A stretch of 64,000 bases of DNA from an uncultured delta proteobacterium. GTDB taxonomy: Bacteria; Myxococcota_A; Polyangia; Polyangiales; Polyangiaceae. A model generated the notes under the pieces. The model searched no databases, had not been told where the DNA came from, and was given only the letters and a program-made list of their open reading frames with translations. Shown here in pieces: positions 20,198 to 33,017 of the stretch; positions within the stretch are counted from its first letter, which is position 1; each line of letters begins with the position of its first letter. The position numbers and the translations under genes are program-made. The DNA lies in assembly GCA_963806225.1 (NCBI GenBank), contig CAWDXG010000004.1, positions 5,216,001 to 5,280,000 on the forward strand, in the 5' to 3' direction.

Positions 20198-21655
20198 GTG
20201 CGGATATCTTCGCTTGCTCTTCTCGTCATCGCATCGCCCATCCTGCTCGCTGCATGTGGATCATCGCCGGATGCCGGCGGCGGGTCCAGCGGCGCCGGCG
20301 GCGCGACCGCAACCGGTGGCAGCGCGGGCACGGCGGGAAACGCCGGCGCGGCGGGCGGCGGCGCGGGCGGCAGCGCGGGAAACGCCGGGGCGGCGGGCAG
20401 CGGCGCGGCCGGCAGTGCAGGTGCGGCTGGCGCTGCGGGCGCGGGCGGCGCGACGGGAACGTCGAAAATCGAGCACGTGGTCGTCATCGTGCAGGAAAAC
20501 CACACCTTCGACGCCTACTTCGGCCGCTACTGCACGGCGCCGGCGGGTGCGCTCCCGACCTGCAACACAGGGCCGGGCTGCTGCGAGGAAGCCCCGACTG
20601 CCGATCCCTCCGGCGCAGGGCCCGTCACATTGAACGACGCCGAAAACTCCGGCTACGACCCGAACCACACGCAGAGCTGCGAGCTGGCCGAGCTCGACAA
20701 CGGCAAGATGGACCGCTTCGTGACGGGCGCGTCCTGCTCGAACGCGAAGAACTTCGCCGTCGCCGACGCGAACACGGTGGGGCTCTACCGCGCCTACGCG
20801 TCCCAGTACGCCATCGGCGACCGCTACTTCCAGTCCATCGCGGGCTCCTCGTCGTCGAACGACATGTACTTTGCAGCCGCGCACGAGGAGTTCATCGACA
20901 ATTCGTACAAGCCGGACACGAACGGCGCCGGCTGCATCGCTCCCACGACGCCGCGCAAGACGTACACGGGGCAGACGACGATCGCCGATCTGCTCATCCA
21001 GGGCGGCCACACCTTCACCGACTACGCCATGGGCTACGCCGCCATGAAGGCGGCGAAGCTGTGTCCGGCTGCGCCGTCGGACTGCCCGGCGCACATCCCG
21101 ACGGCGCCCTGCGACTACGATCCCTCGGACAATCCTTTCCAGTACTACGCGCAGTTCGCCGACAACGCGACGTACATGAAGGACTACGACGATCTCGCGA
21201 AGGACATCACCGCCGGCAACCTGCCCGAAGTGAGCTTCGTGAAGGCCGTCCAGTACAAGAACGAGCACCCCGGCTACGGGACCGTGATCAGCACCGGCGA
21301 GAAGTTCGTGCAGGGCGTGGTCGATGCCATCTTCGGCTCGCAGTACGCGAAGAGCACGCTGGTCCTGCTCACCTGGGACGAGGGTGGCGGCTTCTTCGAT
21401 CACGTCGCGCCGCCGCCCACGAGCCCGGTCGACAACCAGCCCTACGGCACCCGCGTGCCGATCATCGCGATCGGCCCGTTCGCCAAGAAGAACTACATCT
21501 CGCACGTCACGATCGAGCATTCGTCGATCGTGAAGTTCATCGAGTGGAACTTCCTGGAGGACACGGGGCAGCTTGGCGCGCGCGACGCCGTCGTGAACAA
21601 CATCGGGGACCTGCTCGATCCGGGGCGGGTGGGTGTGGTCGTGCCAGCGGACTGA
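20198..21655 (+). CDS. Phosphoesterase (phospholipase C/acid phosphatase family) lipoprotein
   Basis: IEHVVVIVQENHTFDAYFG, TWDEGGGFFDHVAPP and YGTRVP; LAAC lipobox. Confidence 0.9.
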   Translation: MRISSLALLVIASPILLAACGSSPDAGGGSSGAGGATATGGSAGTAGNAGAAGGGAGGSAGNAGAAGSGAAGSAGAAGAAGAGGATGTSKIEHVVVIVQENHTFDAYFGRYCTAPAGALPTCNTGPGCCEEAPTADPSGAGPVTLNDAENSGYDPNHTQSCELAELDNGKMDRFVTGASCSNAKNFAVADANTVGLYRAYASQYAIGDRYFQSIAGSSSSNDMYFAAAHEEFIDNSYKPDTNGAGCIAPTTPRKTYTGQTTIADLLIQGGHTFTDYAMGYAAMKAAKLCPAAPSDCPAHIPTAPCDYDPSDNPFQYYAQFADNATYMKDYDDLAKDITAGNLPEVSFVKAVQYKNEHPGYGTVISTGEKFVQGVVDAIFGSQYAKSTLVLLTWDEGGGFFDHVAPPPTSPVDNQPYGTRVPIIAIGPFAKKNYISHVTIEHSSIVKFIEWNFLEDTGQLGARDAVVNNIGDLLDPGRVGVVVPAD

Positions 21656-21657
21656 AG

Positions 21658-24574
<2,917 letters not shown>

Positions 24575-24664
24575 GCGGCTGGCCCGGGGCGTGATCCGCC
24601 GCGCCGACGAGAACGCCTACCGAGCCAAGCAGGCCGGAGGCACGATTTGCGCCGGCTCTGTGAC

Positions 24665-26494
24665 CTACGGGCACTTCAGCGAATCGCGGATCGTGTCGAG
24701 CGCCGTCAGGACAGCGCTCTGGCCGCTCGAGCCGGTGTTGTGCGCGGCCGCCGTTCCGCCCCCGACAGCGATGCTATCCCAGGTCGTGGTTGTCTCGTCG
24801 CTCCCGACGGAGATCACGTACGTCTTGACCGCGGGTGTGCCCGTCGCTGCCGTGTTTGCGGCGTCGATGGCCGACTGCACGGTGTCGTACCCCGTGCAGG
24901 TGTTGGGCGAGCCGTCGGTGATCATGACCACGGCGAGGGTCGAGCCCTGTCCCGCGCCCAGCGTGCCCCACGTCTTCACGTAGCCGGTCGCGCCGTAGAT
25001 GGCCGGCGTCATGGGCGTGGAACCTGTCGGGGTGGTGTGGCCCGACAGCGACGTAGCCACGGCGGATGCCGCGCCCGGCAGCACGCCCATCTTCACGTCC
25101 GGCTTCGCGTAGTCGCCGTTCGTGCAGGAGTCGGTGGCGGTGCAGACGTTGCCCGAGCAGGTGCCGAACGTCCCGCAGTCGGTGTTCGTGGTGCAGGATT
25201 GGGGAAGGGGGAAGTACTGCACGCCGACGTAGATCCCGGCCGAAGCGGCCTGCTTCACGAACGTCGTGACGGCGGCGGACATCTCCGACCAGCGTGTGCC
25301 GCTGCCGAGTCCTGTGCTCGTCGAGCCGGACATGTCGAGCAGGAGCAGGATGCCCGGCTGCTTGCAGCTGCACGCGCCGCCGACGCATCCGGTGCCGCTC
25401 TGGCATGTCGTCCCGCAGTTGCCGCAGTGCTGGGGATCGGTGTCCGTGTCCACGCAAGCGCCGCCACAGTTGGTGTAGCCGGTGGCGCACACGCACTTTC
25501 CGCCCGAGCACGTTTCGCCGGTGCCGCACGTAGTGCTGCAGTCGCCGCAGTGCTGGGGGTCGGTCTGCGTGTCGACGCAGGCGCCGTTGCACGAGGTCTT
25601 GCTGCAGCTGCAGTGGCCGCCCACGCAGGAATATCCGGTAGCGCATACGGACGCGCAGCTGCCGCAGTGCTGGGGATCGGTCTGCATGTCGACGCAGTCG
25701 CTGCCGCACTGGTTCTGGGCCGGACAGGTGCAGGCGCCGCTCACGCACTGTCCGAGGCCGTTGCAGGTGGCGCCGTTGTCGGTCTGCCCGTCGCAGTCAT
25801 TGTCCAGGCCGTCGCACACCTCGGCATGACCAGGGAACACCGTGCCGGCCGAGTCGTTGCAGTCGTCGCCTCCGCAGATCACTGGCGGATGGTTGTCGCC
25901 GTCCTTGTCGAGCGTGGCGAATACGCAGGTATCCGTCGCGAGGTCGCAGTGCACGTTCGTGTTGCAGGCGTCGCCACCGAACTGCGCGATGCACGACGCA
26001 TCGCCCGAGCATGCGGGGCTCTTGGTGCAGCCGCTCTTGACGTTGCAGTACTGTCCCGTCGGACACGCCGTCGCGCCGCTGCTCGGGCCCGCCGCGTGTG
26101 AGCACGCGCCGCTCACGCAGAAGTCCAGGGTGCAGGCAATCCCGTCATCGCAGTCGCCGGCGCCCGTGCATCCGCCCGAGCCGCCGCTCCCGCCGCTGCC
26201 GGAGGTTCCGCCGCTGCCGGAGGTTCCGCCGCTGCCGGAGGTTCCGCCGCTGCCGGAGGTTCCGCCGCTGCCCGCGCTTCCAGCCGTCCCCGCGGTTCCG
26301 CCGCTGCCCGCGGTTCCGCCGCCGCCCGAGCTGCCGGCCGATCCTCCGCTCGCAGCGCTGCCCGCCGAACCGCCGCTGCCCCCGCCGTCCGGGTTTTCGT
26401 TGAACAGCGCGCCGTTGCTGTTGCCCCCGCACGCAGTAGCGCCGAAAGCGGCCATCGACACCGCCAGCCCGATCCCGAACCAACCCCTGGACAT
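24665..26494 (-). CDS. Cys-rich surface lipoprotein with putative metal-binding motif, D(P)QHCG repeats and C-terminal VWA domain
   Basis: DCND...PGHAEVCDGLDNDCDG; three CVDxxTDPQHCGxC repeats; MIDAS DMSGS and MITDG. Confidence 0.85.
   Translation of the reverse strand: MSRGWFGIGLAVSMAAFGATACGGNSNGALFNENPDGGGSGGSAGSAASGGSAGSSGGGGTAGSGGTAGTAGSAGSGGTSGSGGTSGSGGTSGSGGTSGSGGSGGSGGCTGAGDCDDGIACTLDFCVSGACSHAAGPSSGATACPTGQYCNVKSGCTKSPACSGDASCIAQFGGDACNTNVHCDLATDTCVFATLDKDGDNHPPVICGGDDCNDSAGTVFPGHAEVCDGLDNDCDGQTDNGATCNGLGQCVSGACTCPAQNQCGSDCVDMQTDPQHCGSCASVCATGYSCVGGHCSCSKTSCNGACVDTQTDPQHCGDCSTTCGTGETCSGGKCVCATGYTNCGGACVDTDTDPQHCGNCGTTCQSGTGCVGGACSCKQPGILLLLDMSGSTSTGLGSGTRWSEMSAAVTTFVKQAASAGIYVGVQYFPLPQSCTTNTDCGTFGTCSGNVCTATDSCTNGDYAKPDVKMGVLPGAASAVATSLSGHTTPTGSTPMTPAIYGATGYVKTWGTLGAGQGSTLAVVMITDGSPNTCTGYDTVQSAIDAANTAATGTPAVKTYVISVGSDETTTTWDSIAVGGGTAAAHNTGSSGQSAVLTALDTIRDSLKCP
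26190..26272 (-). repeat. 18-bp tandem repeat x4.5 encoding GGTSGS
   Basis: Unit ccgccgctgccggaggtt on the + strand. Confidence 0.9.
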
Positions 26495-26724
26495 GAAGCA
26501 AGCCTCCCTTGCGGCGCCGTTTCCGGGCCGATAGCTACCGGTCGCGTCGTGGAGTGCCAGACCTGGCTACGCCGCGAGACGTGACATCCGCCACACCGCA
26601 TGCTGATACGCTCACGCGCCCTGCTCGATCCCCGGCGTTCTTGCGACCCAGGTCGATTTTCGACAGGCGGTCGAATGACGCCATGGCCGGCGTCTTTGCC
26701 CGCTAGAGTCGTGTTCTTCGCCGC

Positions 26725-27900
26725 TCAGAAATGATCCCGCATGCACGGCGCCGCACCCGCGAACAGCGCTGCGGCTTTGGCGAGTGAGCGCTCGTCGCCC
26801 TCGACGAGGCCTGCGCGTGCGAGCGACGCGGGGTGCATGAAGCCGGTGTAGAGCGCCGCGAGGCCGCGTGGGCCGGTGCGGAGCGTGCCGTTGCCGCCGC
26901 GCGAGAGGCGGCCCTGTCCACCCTCGACTTCCAGCACGAAGCGGCCGCGGTTGTGCGGCACGAGATCGTCGTCGAGCTCGAGCTCGAGCCGCGCGTTCGT
27001 GGCGACCGGATAGCCGCGCGCGCCGAGCGCCGCCTCGGCGTCGGTGACGCGCAGCATCCAATGGTCGGCCAGCTCGCACTCGTAGCTTTCCGGCAGCAGC
27101 GAGAGCACGGGATCGGCGGCGCCGCAGGAGAAGACCGTCGTGTCACCCAGCGTGCGGTGCTCGGCGACCAGGCCCAGCAGCGCGCGGCCGGCGCGCGGCG
27201 TGGCGGCTGCGAGATCCACGACGCCGAGATCGTAGTGGCCACGCTGGGTCCGGGTCTGTTGGATGTACAGATACCCTTCGAGGCGGCCGTCGCTCTCGAC
27301 CAGATAGCCCTGCGCTGGCGCGGCGCGCGGCTGGCGCACGCGGTTCCAGATGTACGCGCCGCGGTCAAGGTAGCCGTTCTGGTCGCGCGCAAAGCCGGCG
27401 TATGTCGCCCTGATCGCTTCATGGTCGGACTCGTCCACGCTTCGCACGCTGAGCTCGCGTGAGCCCGTCGGGATGTCGCGCGTCCGCACCGAGCAACGGA
27501 AGCGGCTGCCCGCGGACTCGTAGCCGGCCTTGCGGTAGAGCGCGAGCGTGGCCGGATACAGCGCCGACAGCGCCACGCGGGCCTCGGCGAGCTCGACCAC
27601 GCTCGCCCGCATCAGGGAGATCGCGGCGCCCTGCCCGCGATGCTCCGGCCCGACCGCGACGCCGGCAATGCCCGACATCGGCACGCTGCGTCCGCCGAAC
27701 CACTGTCCCATCGGGATCTGGATCAAGCCGCCGGCGATGCGTGAGCCGCGCCACGCCAGGCGCACGTTGTCGTGCCCCGCCCGGGTGAGCCACGCGGGAA
27801 CGGTCTCCACGTCGACGCTGAACGCCCAGCTCAGGATCGCCGAGTAGGCGCCCACTTCCTCGTCGTCGCCGGACAGGCGCGCGATCGTGATGTCGCTCAT
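26725..27900 (-). CDS. Eis-like GNAT acetyltransferase with C-terminal SCP-2-like domain
   Basis: GVAVGPEHRGQG, SALYPAT..LYRKAGY, WMLRVTD and LAALYTG. Confidence 0.88.
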   Translation of the reverse strand: MSDITIARLSGDDEEVGAYSAILSWAFSVDVETVPAWLTRAGHDNVRLAWRGSRIAGGLIQIPMGQWFGGRSVPMSGIAGVAVGPEHRGQGAAISLMRASVVELAEARVALSALYPATLALYRKAGYESAGSRFRCSVRTRDIPTGSRELSVRSVDESDHEAIRATYAGFARDQNGYLDRGAYIWNRVRQPRAAPAQGYLVESDGRLEGYLYIQQTRTQRGHYDLGVVDLAAATPRAGRALLGLVAEHRTLGDTTVFSCGAADPVLSLLPESYECELADHWMLRVTDAEAALGARGYPVATNARLELELDDDLVPHNRGRFVLEVEGGQGRLSRGGNGTLRTGPRGLAALYTGFMHPASLARAGLVEGDERSLAKAAALFAGAAPCMRDHF

Positions 27901-27979
27901 CCGCCGAGGGTCGTGGTGCGCGCGTCGCGGGTCAATGCCGATTGCGTCTGGCGGGCGCGCGTCCAACACTTGGGGCCGT

Positions 27980-28687
27980 ATGCAGGACGAGCGAACGAGG
28001 TTCGTCGCGGCGCACCCGTCGGCGACGGTGATGCTGCTTCGCGACGGAGCGTCGGGGCCCGAGGTGCTGCTGGTCGAGCGCGCGGCGGAGCTCGACTTCC
28101 TTGGCGGTTCGTGGGTGTTCCCGGGCGGACGTATCGACAGCACCGATTTCGAAGGCGCCGTCGCAGCGCCGGACGACATTCCGCTGGACGTTCTGCGGCG
28201 GGCCGCCGTGCGCGAGCTGGAGGAAGAAGCCGGGCTCGATCTCGACGCCGGGGCGCTGGTCTGGCAGGCGCGCTGGACCACGCCGGAGGGCTTTCCCAAA
28301 CGCTTCCGCACCTGGTTCTTCATGGCGCGCGCCGTCTCCACCCACGCGCGCGTGGATGGTGGAGAGATCCGCGCGCACCGCTGGCTCGCGCCGGCCGCGG
28401 CCGTGGACGAGCAGCGCGCCGGCCGTCTCGCGCTACCGCCGCCCACCTTCGTGACGCTCACGCAGCTGGCGCGCTTCACCGACGTTGCTTCCGCGCTCGC
28501 GCACAGCGCGGAGGCCGGCCCGGAGGAGTACGTGCCGCGGCCGCGACGGATCGAGGGCGGCTTCTGTTCGCTCTACCAGCAGGATGCTGCCTACGAAGGC
28601 GGTCCGCTCGACGCGCCCGGCCCGCGGCACCGGCTCTGGGTGGTCGAGGGCGGCTTTCGCTACGATCGGGCCTTCGAAACGAGCTGA
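27980..28687 (+). CDS. NUDIX hydrolase (NUDT19-like)
   Basis: WVFPGG...AAVRELEEEAG and WTTPE..PKRF.TWFF. Confidence 0.88.
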   Translation: MQDERTRFVAAHPSATVMLLRDGASGPEVLLVERAAELDFLGGSWVFPGGRIDSTDFEGAVAAPDDIPLDVLRRAAVRELEEEAGLDLDAGALVWQARWTTPEGFPKRFRTWFFMARAVSTHARVDGGEIRAHRWLAPAAAVDEQRAGRLALPPPTFVTLTQLARFTDVASALAHSAEAGPEEYVPRPRRIEGGFCSLYQQDAAYEGGPLDAPGPRHRLWVVEGGFRYDRAFETS

Positions 28688-28741
28688 AACGGGGTCGAAA
28701 CCGGAAAAATTCGCCGGTAGAGCGGAAATCGCTCTGCCAGC

Positions 28742-28773
28742 GGCGAATCGTTTTCGCGATCCGGGGCTCCTAC
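28742..28773 (+). promoter_or_regulatory. Candidate ECF-type promoter, copy 1
   Basis: GGCGAATCgTTTTcgcgatccgGGGCTCCTAC; same motif and spacing as copy 2. Confidence 0.6.
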
Positions 28774-28822
28774 CGGGGAAGGGAGCGGATGTACCGTTTC
28801 CGAACAAGGAGAACCACCGGAG

Positions 28823-29005
28823 ATGTGCCAGCGAGTTCGTTGTTCCCGTTGCGGCAAACCCACCTTCGCCGGTTGCGGCATGCACGTCGAGCAGGTGCTC
28901 GGCGATGTGCCGCGCGATCAGCGCTGCAAGTGCCACGAGCAGGCCCGCACCCGCTCGGGCGAAGAGCAGGCCTCGATCCTCTCGCGGCTGTTCGGCCGCT
29001 CGTAG
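28823..29005 (+). CDS. 60-aa Cys-rich protein (candidate metal or redox binding)
   Basis: MCQRVRCSRCGKPTFAGCGMHVEQVL...RCKC; AAGGAG upstream. Confidence 0.75.
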   Translation: MCQRVRCSRCGKPTFAGCGMHVEQVLGDVPRDQRCKCHEQARTRSGEEQASILSRLFGRS

Positions 29006-29083
29006 TCCGGAGCGGGGCGCGGCGGTCGCGCTCGGCTCGCCGGCAAATGGTCGGCCCGCTGTCGGACTGCGCGCCCCCGCGCG

Positions 29084-29248
29084 CTAGCCGCCGAAGCCGC
29101 CCGAGAACATGAAGCCGAGCAGCGCGCCGTATAGCGTGGAGATATAGGGGTTGCCGGTGAGCGGGCACATACCGCTGCGGCAGCCGACCACCTTGTAGTA
29201 CGCGAGGCCGGCGGCGCCGCCGATTGCAACGTGGAGCAGGGTGCTCAT
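29084..29248 (-). CDS. Small membrane protein, DUF6132-like
   Basis: GLAYYKVVGCRSGMCPLTGNPY..TLYGALLG motif between two hydrophobic helices. Confidence 0.75.
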   Translation of the reverse strand: MSTLLHVAIGGAAGLAYYKVVGCRSGMCPLTGNPYISTLYGALLGFMFSGGFGG

Positions 29249-29254
29249 CCCCCC

Positions 29255-29286
29255 GTTGGAGTCCGCCCAGCACAAAAGGATTCGCC
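29255..29286 (-). promoter_or_regulatory. Candidate ECF-type promoter, copy 2 (probably leaderless transcript)
   Basis: Minus strand GGCGAATCcTTTTgtgctgggcGGACTCCAAC, ending 6 nt before the ATG. Confidence 0.6.
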
Positions 29287-29328
29287 CGCCGCGCACTCCG
29301 GTCCGCGGCGCGCTACGCTCCTCCCGCG

Positions 29329-30144
29329 ATGGAACGGTCCGATCAGGAGCTGCTCGACGCGCTCGGCGCCGGCGACCGCGAGGCGCTGGCCGAGCTGGTC
29401 GAGCGGCACGCGCCGGCGGTGTACCGGTTTGCAGCAAAGATGTGCCGCGAGCCGGAGGACGCGAAGGACGTCCTGCAGGAGACGTTGCTCAGCGCAGCGC
29501 GCGGCCTCGGCGATTTCCGCGGCGACTCGTCGCTGACGACCTGGTTCTACGCGGTGGCGCGCAGTTTCTGCATCAAGAAGCGGCGGAAATCGAAGTTCGC
29601 GCCGGCGGAAACGGTGTCGCTCGAGCGCTCGGGTGAAGTCGTGCACGTGCCGGACAAGTCGCTGCCACCGGACGAGGTCGCGGCGGGACGCGAGCTCGGT
29701 GCTGCGCTCGATCGCGCTATCTCGGCACTGGAGCCCGACTACCGCGAGGTGCTGCTGCTCCGGGACGTGGAAGGGTTGACGGCGCCGGAGGTGGCCAAGG
29801 TGGTCGGGGCCAGCGTCGCCGCGGTCAAGAGCCGGCTGCACCGCGCAAGGGCGGAGGTCCGCGCGCGGCTCGAGCCGCAGCCGCTCGCGACGCAGATGGC
29901 CCCGGCGTGCCAGGATGTCGTGCTGATGTTCTCGCGCTTCCTGGAAGACGAGATCGGCACCGCCGAGTGCGAGAAGATGAGCGAGCACATCAAGGTGTGT
30001 GAGCGCTGCCGCGCCACCTGCGACTCGTTCGAGCACACCCTGAACCTGTGCCGTGCCGCACGCGGCCGGCAGGTGCCGTCGGAGGTGCAGATCCAGGTTC
30101 GCCAGGCGCTTCGCGCGTTGGGCGCCGAGGCGCCAGCGAAGTAG
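29329..30144 (+). CDS. ECF sigma factor with fused C-terminal zinc-finger (zf-HC2/ZAS-like) domain
   Basis: DAKDVLQET, FRGDSSLTTW and VKSRLHRAR, then C...C....HIKVCERC...C...C. Confidence 0.9.
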   Translation: MERSDQELLDALGAGDREALAELVERHAPAVYRFAAKMCREPEDAKDVLQETLLSAARGLGDFRGDSSLTTWFYAVARSFCIKKRRKSKFAPAETVSLERSGEVVHVPDKSLPPDEVAAGRELGAALDRAISALEPDYREVLLLRDVEGLTAPEVAKVVGASVAAVKSRLHRARAEVRARLEPQPLATQMAPACQDVVLMFSRFLEDEIGTAECEKMSEHIKVCERCRATCDSFEHTLNLCRAARGRQVPSEVQIQVRQALRALGAEAPAK

Positions 30145-30156
30145 ATATACTGCGCC

Positions 30157-31002
30157 ATGTCGACACGCGACGAACGCATCGGACCCACCGCGTACTACAC
30201 GTCCTACGTGTGGCATCGCATCGGCATGCCCTACGCGGATCTCTTCGCCACGCGTCGCGGGGCGGCGCTGTTCTGGAGCTTCCGGCTGTCCGGCGAGTGG
30301 ATCGCGACGACCACGCCGCGGCTGCCGTCGATGACGGAATACCTCGAGATCCGTCACCGTTTGATCGAGCACCGGCTGGGCGAGCTCGAGCCGGATCGCG
30401 TGGTGGAGATCGGCAGCGGGCTGTCGCGCCGCGGCGTCACCTGGGCTGCGGATCACGGCGTCGACTACGTGGAGGTCGACCTGCCGCACATGATCGCGGA
30501 AAAGCAGCGTCGCATCGCCGCGCGCGCGCCGGCAGCGCTCAGAGAAAAGCTCGGCGGCAGGTTGCGCTTCGCGGAGCACGATGTGGTCGGCCCGGGTTTC
30601 GCGGATTTCCTGACGGCCCAGCTCGACGGCGCCGCGCGTCCGGTCGTGATCGCCGAGGGGCTGCTCGGCTACTTCGCGCTCGACGAGCGCACGCGCATCG
30701 CAAGCTCGGTGCGCGAGGCGCTTCTGCGCGTCGGGGGCGGCAGCTTCCTCAGCGATCTCAGGGCGCGGGAGGGCGGCGCGCCGGTCGCGGCCGCGGCCAC
30801 GGTGCTGCGCGCCGGCATCCGGCTCGTCACGCGCGGACGCGGTGCGCGTGAGGACTTCCCGAGCCTCGACGCCGTGCGCCGCTTCTTCGCCGCCGCCGGC
30901 TTCGACCGCGCTGAACCGGTGGACCAGGCTCTGCTGCCGCACCTGGCGCACGTGACATCGCCGGGGCGGATCTGGCACGCACAGGTCGCCGCCATGGGCT
31001 AG
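30157..31002 (+). CDS. Class I SAM-dependent methyltransferase (LCM-like)
   Basis: VVEIGSGLSRR, YVEVDLP and IAEGLLGYF. Confidence 0.85.
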   Translation: MSTRDERIGPTAYYTSYVWHRIGMPYADLFATRRGAALFWSFRLSGEWIATTTPRLPSMTEYLEIRHRLIEHRLGELEPDRVVEIGSGLSRRGVTWAADHGVDYVEVDLPHMIAEKQRRIAARAPAALREKLGGRLRFAEHDVVGPGFADFLTAQLDGAARPVVIAEGLLGYFALDERTRIASSVREALLRVGGGSFLSDLRAREGGAPVAAAATVLRAGIRLVTRGRGAREDFPSLDAVRRFFAAAGFDRAEPVDQALLPHLAHVTSPGRIWHAQVAAMG

Positions 31003-31015
31003 GCTCGCCCGCGGC

Positions 31016-32029
31016 ATGGGCTACGGCAAGAAGGTCGATCTGTTCGCGGGCGCGATGTCGCGCCTGCTTCACCTGCGCGGAGCACAGCAGAACACCGCGC
31101 CGGATCTCGAACAGTATCTCGAGCTGCCGCCGGAACGCATGTTCCCCGAGCCACGCCCCATCACGGATCTGCGCATCGAGCGCACCCTGATCGACAGGCA
31201 GCTCAAGACCACCACGCTGTCCTGGAAGAGCGCGCACGAGGTGATCTGCCCGCGCTACCGGCAGCGTCACGAGGGTGAGTACAAAAAGAACCTCACCGCC
31301 TGGGCGCGTTGGATCCGCCCTGACGGTGAAGCGCGCCGTTCGTGCCTCGTGTACGTGCACGGCTGGCTGGAGCCGGGCTCCTGGGCCGAGGAGTCGACGC
31401 TGTTCCGCAAGTGGACGCGCGAACTCGGCGTCGACATCGTGCACGTGTCGCTTCCGTTCCACGGGCGCCGCAAGCCGCGGGGCGCGCTGTTCAGCGGCGA
31501 GTTCTTCTGGACGGCGGATCTGGTGCGCTCCGTGGAAGGCGTGCGGCAGGCGGCTTGCGACGCGCGCTCCGTCGTCGCGTGGCTCCGGCGTCAGGACTAC
31601 GAACAGGTAGGCGTCACCGGTATCAGTCTGGGCGGCGCCATCGCGATGCTGCTCGCCTGCGTGGATCCCGCGCCGGACTACGTGGCGCCGATCGTTGCCC
31701 ACCTGAAGCTCGAAGACGCCGTCGAGAACGCCCCGATCCTGTGGCGCATGAAACACGACCTGGAGCGTTGGGGCATCGACGAGCCGAGCCGCCGCGAGCT
31801 GTTCCGCCGGCTCGGCTGGTCCACGCTGTCTCCAACGCTGCCGCCCGACAGGCAGCTCTGGGTCCAGGCGGAGGAGGACGTGTACATCGACGCCGATCTG
31901 ACCCGGCAGCAGTGGGAAGACTGGGATCGCCCGCAGATCCTGTGGATTCCGGGGGGCCACATGACATTCCCGCTGCACATCGACAGTATCACGAGAAGGC
32001 TGGATGAATTCCGGCGCAGTTTGGAATAG
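31016..32029 (+). CDS. Alpha/beta hydrolase
   Basis: HGW, LPFHGRR, GISLGG nucleophile elbow and GGH. Confidence 0.85.
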   Translation: MGYGKKVDLFAGAMSRLLHLRGAQQNTAPDLEQYLELPPERMFPEPRPITDLRIERTLIDRQLKTTTLSWKSAHEVICPRYRQRHEGEYKKNLTAWARWIRPDGEARRSCLVYVHGWLEPGSWAEESTLFRKWTRELGVDIVHVSLPFHGRRKPRGALFSGEFFWTADLVRSVEGVRQAACDARSVVAWLRRQDYEQVGVTGISLGGAIAMLLACVDPAPDYVAPIVAHLKLEDAVENAPILWRMKHDLERWGIDEPSRRELFRRLGWSTLSPTLPPDRQLWVQAEEDVYIDADLTRQQWEDWDRPQILWIPGGHMTFPLHIDSITRRLDEFRRSLE

Positions 32030-32103
32030 ACTTCCACCTGTATCTGCTAGTACCCGTTGCTTCAGCTCGCGGTGAGGCTGTCAGGCCCCCGCGGGAGTAT
32101 CCG

Positions 32104-32769
32104 ATGTCTTCTGGCTCGAGATTCCGGCTTACCGTTAGGAGTGCTGCGTGCGTCGCGGGGCTCTTTCTGGTGGCGTGCGGCTCGGCCAACCAGAACGAGG
32201 ACAGCTACTGGACGCCGGCGCCGGACCTGGGCGGGGCCAGCCTGGCCAAGGACGCGGGCGGTGGTGCGGGCGGCAGCGCAGGGGCGGCAGGCGCTGGCGG
32301 CAGCGGGGGACAGGTCAATCCGCAGCCGACCGGCAGCGTGACCTTCACGGTGCAGACGAAGAGCTACGGCGGGCGCTACGGGCCGCGCAACGTGGGTGCG
32401 ATCTGGGTGGAGACGAAGAGCGGCAAGTTCGTCAAGACGCTGACCGAATGGGGCTACTTCCGCTACGGGAACCTGGTGAAGTGGCGCGCCGACACGAACT
32501 TCAACAAGGTCGACGCGATCACGTCGGCCACTGCGTTCTCGGCGACTACGCACACGGGCAAGTGGGACTACACGGACGTGAACGGCCACGGAGTTGCTGA
32601 CGGCCAGTACCAGTTCGTCGTCGAGTTCACCGAGGACGATTCCGCGCTCTCCTTCATCCAGGCTGGTCCGTGGACGTCGGTACCTTTCACGAAGGCGCCG
32701 AACCAGAAGGACTTCACGCCGAGCGACGCGAAGTACTTCGTGAACATGTCGGTCAGCTACAAGCAGTGA
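32104..32769 (+). CDS. DUF2271-domain lipoprotein with candidate flavinylation motif
   Basis: LVAC lipobox; AIWVETKSGKFVKTL; DAITSAT at 32512-32532; WD.TD.NG..V.DG.Y...VEF. Confidence 0.85.
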   Translation: MSSGSRFRLTVRSAACVAGLFLVACGSANQNEDSYWTPAPDLGGASLAKDAGGGAGGSAGAAGAGGSGGQVNPQPTGSVTFTVQTKSYGGRYGPRNVGAIWVETKSGKFVKTLTEWGYFRYGNLVKWRADTNFNKVDAITSATAFSATTHTGKWDYTDVNGHGVADGQYQFVVEFTEDDSALSFIQAGPWTSVPFTKAPNQKDFTPSDAKYFVNMSVSYKQ

Positions 32770-32783
32770 AACCGGTCGCGGCA

Positions 32784-33005
32784 ATGGGAACCACAATCCG
32801 CATCCTGTTCGCGTCGGTGGGCCTCGTGCTCGCCGTGCTCGCAGGCGGCTGCGCCCACGTGGCGCCCTACGAGCGCGGGCAGCTCGCGCGCCCGGACATG
32901 GTGGCGGGAGACTTGGCGGGCAGCGGCGCAGAGCACGTGCGCGCCGTGCGCGAGGGGGCCAGCGGGGGCAGCATCGGGCCGGAGAGCGGCTGCGGCTGCA
33001 ACTGA
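32784..33005 (+). CDS. DUF4266-domain small lipoprotein
   Basis: GC.HV.PYER..LA...M...H....REGASGG and terminal GCGCN. Confidence 0.85.
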   Translation: MGTTIRILFASVGLVLAVLAGGCAHVAPYERGQLARPDMVAGDLAGSGAEHVRAVREGASGGSIGPESGCGCN

Positions 33006-33017
33006 CGAGCACACTGG

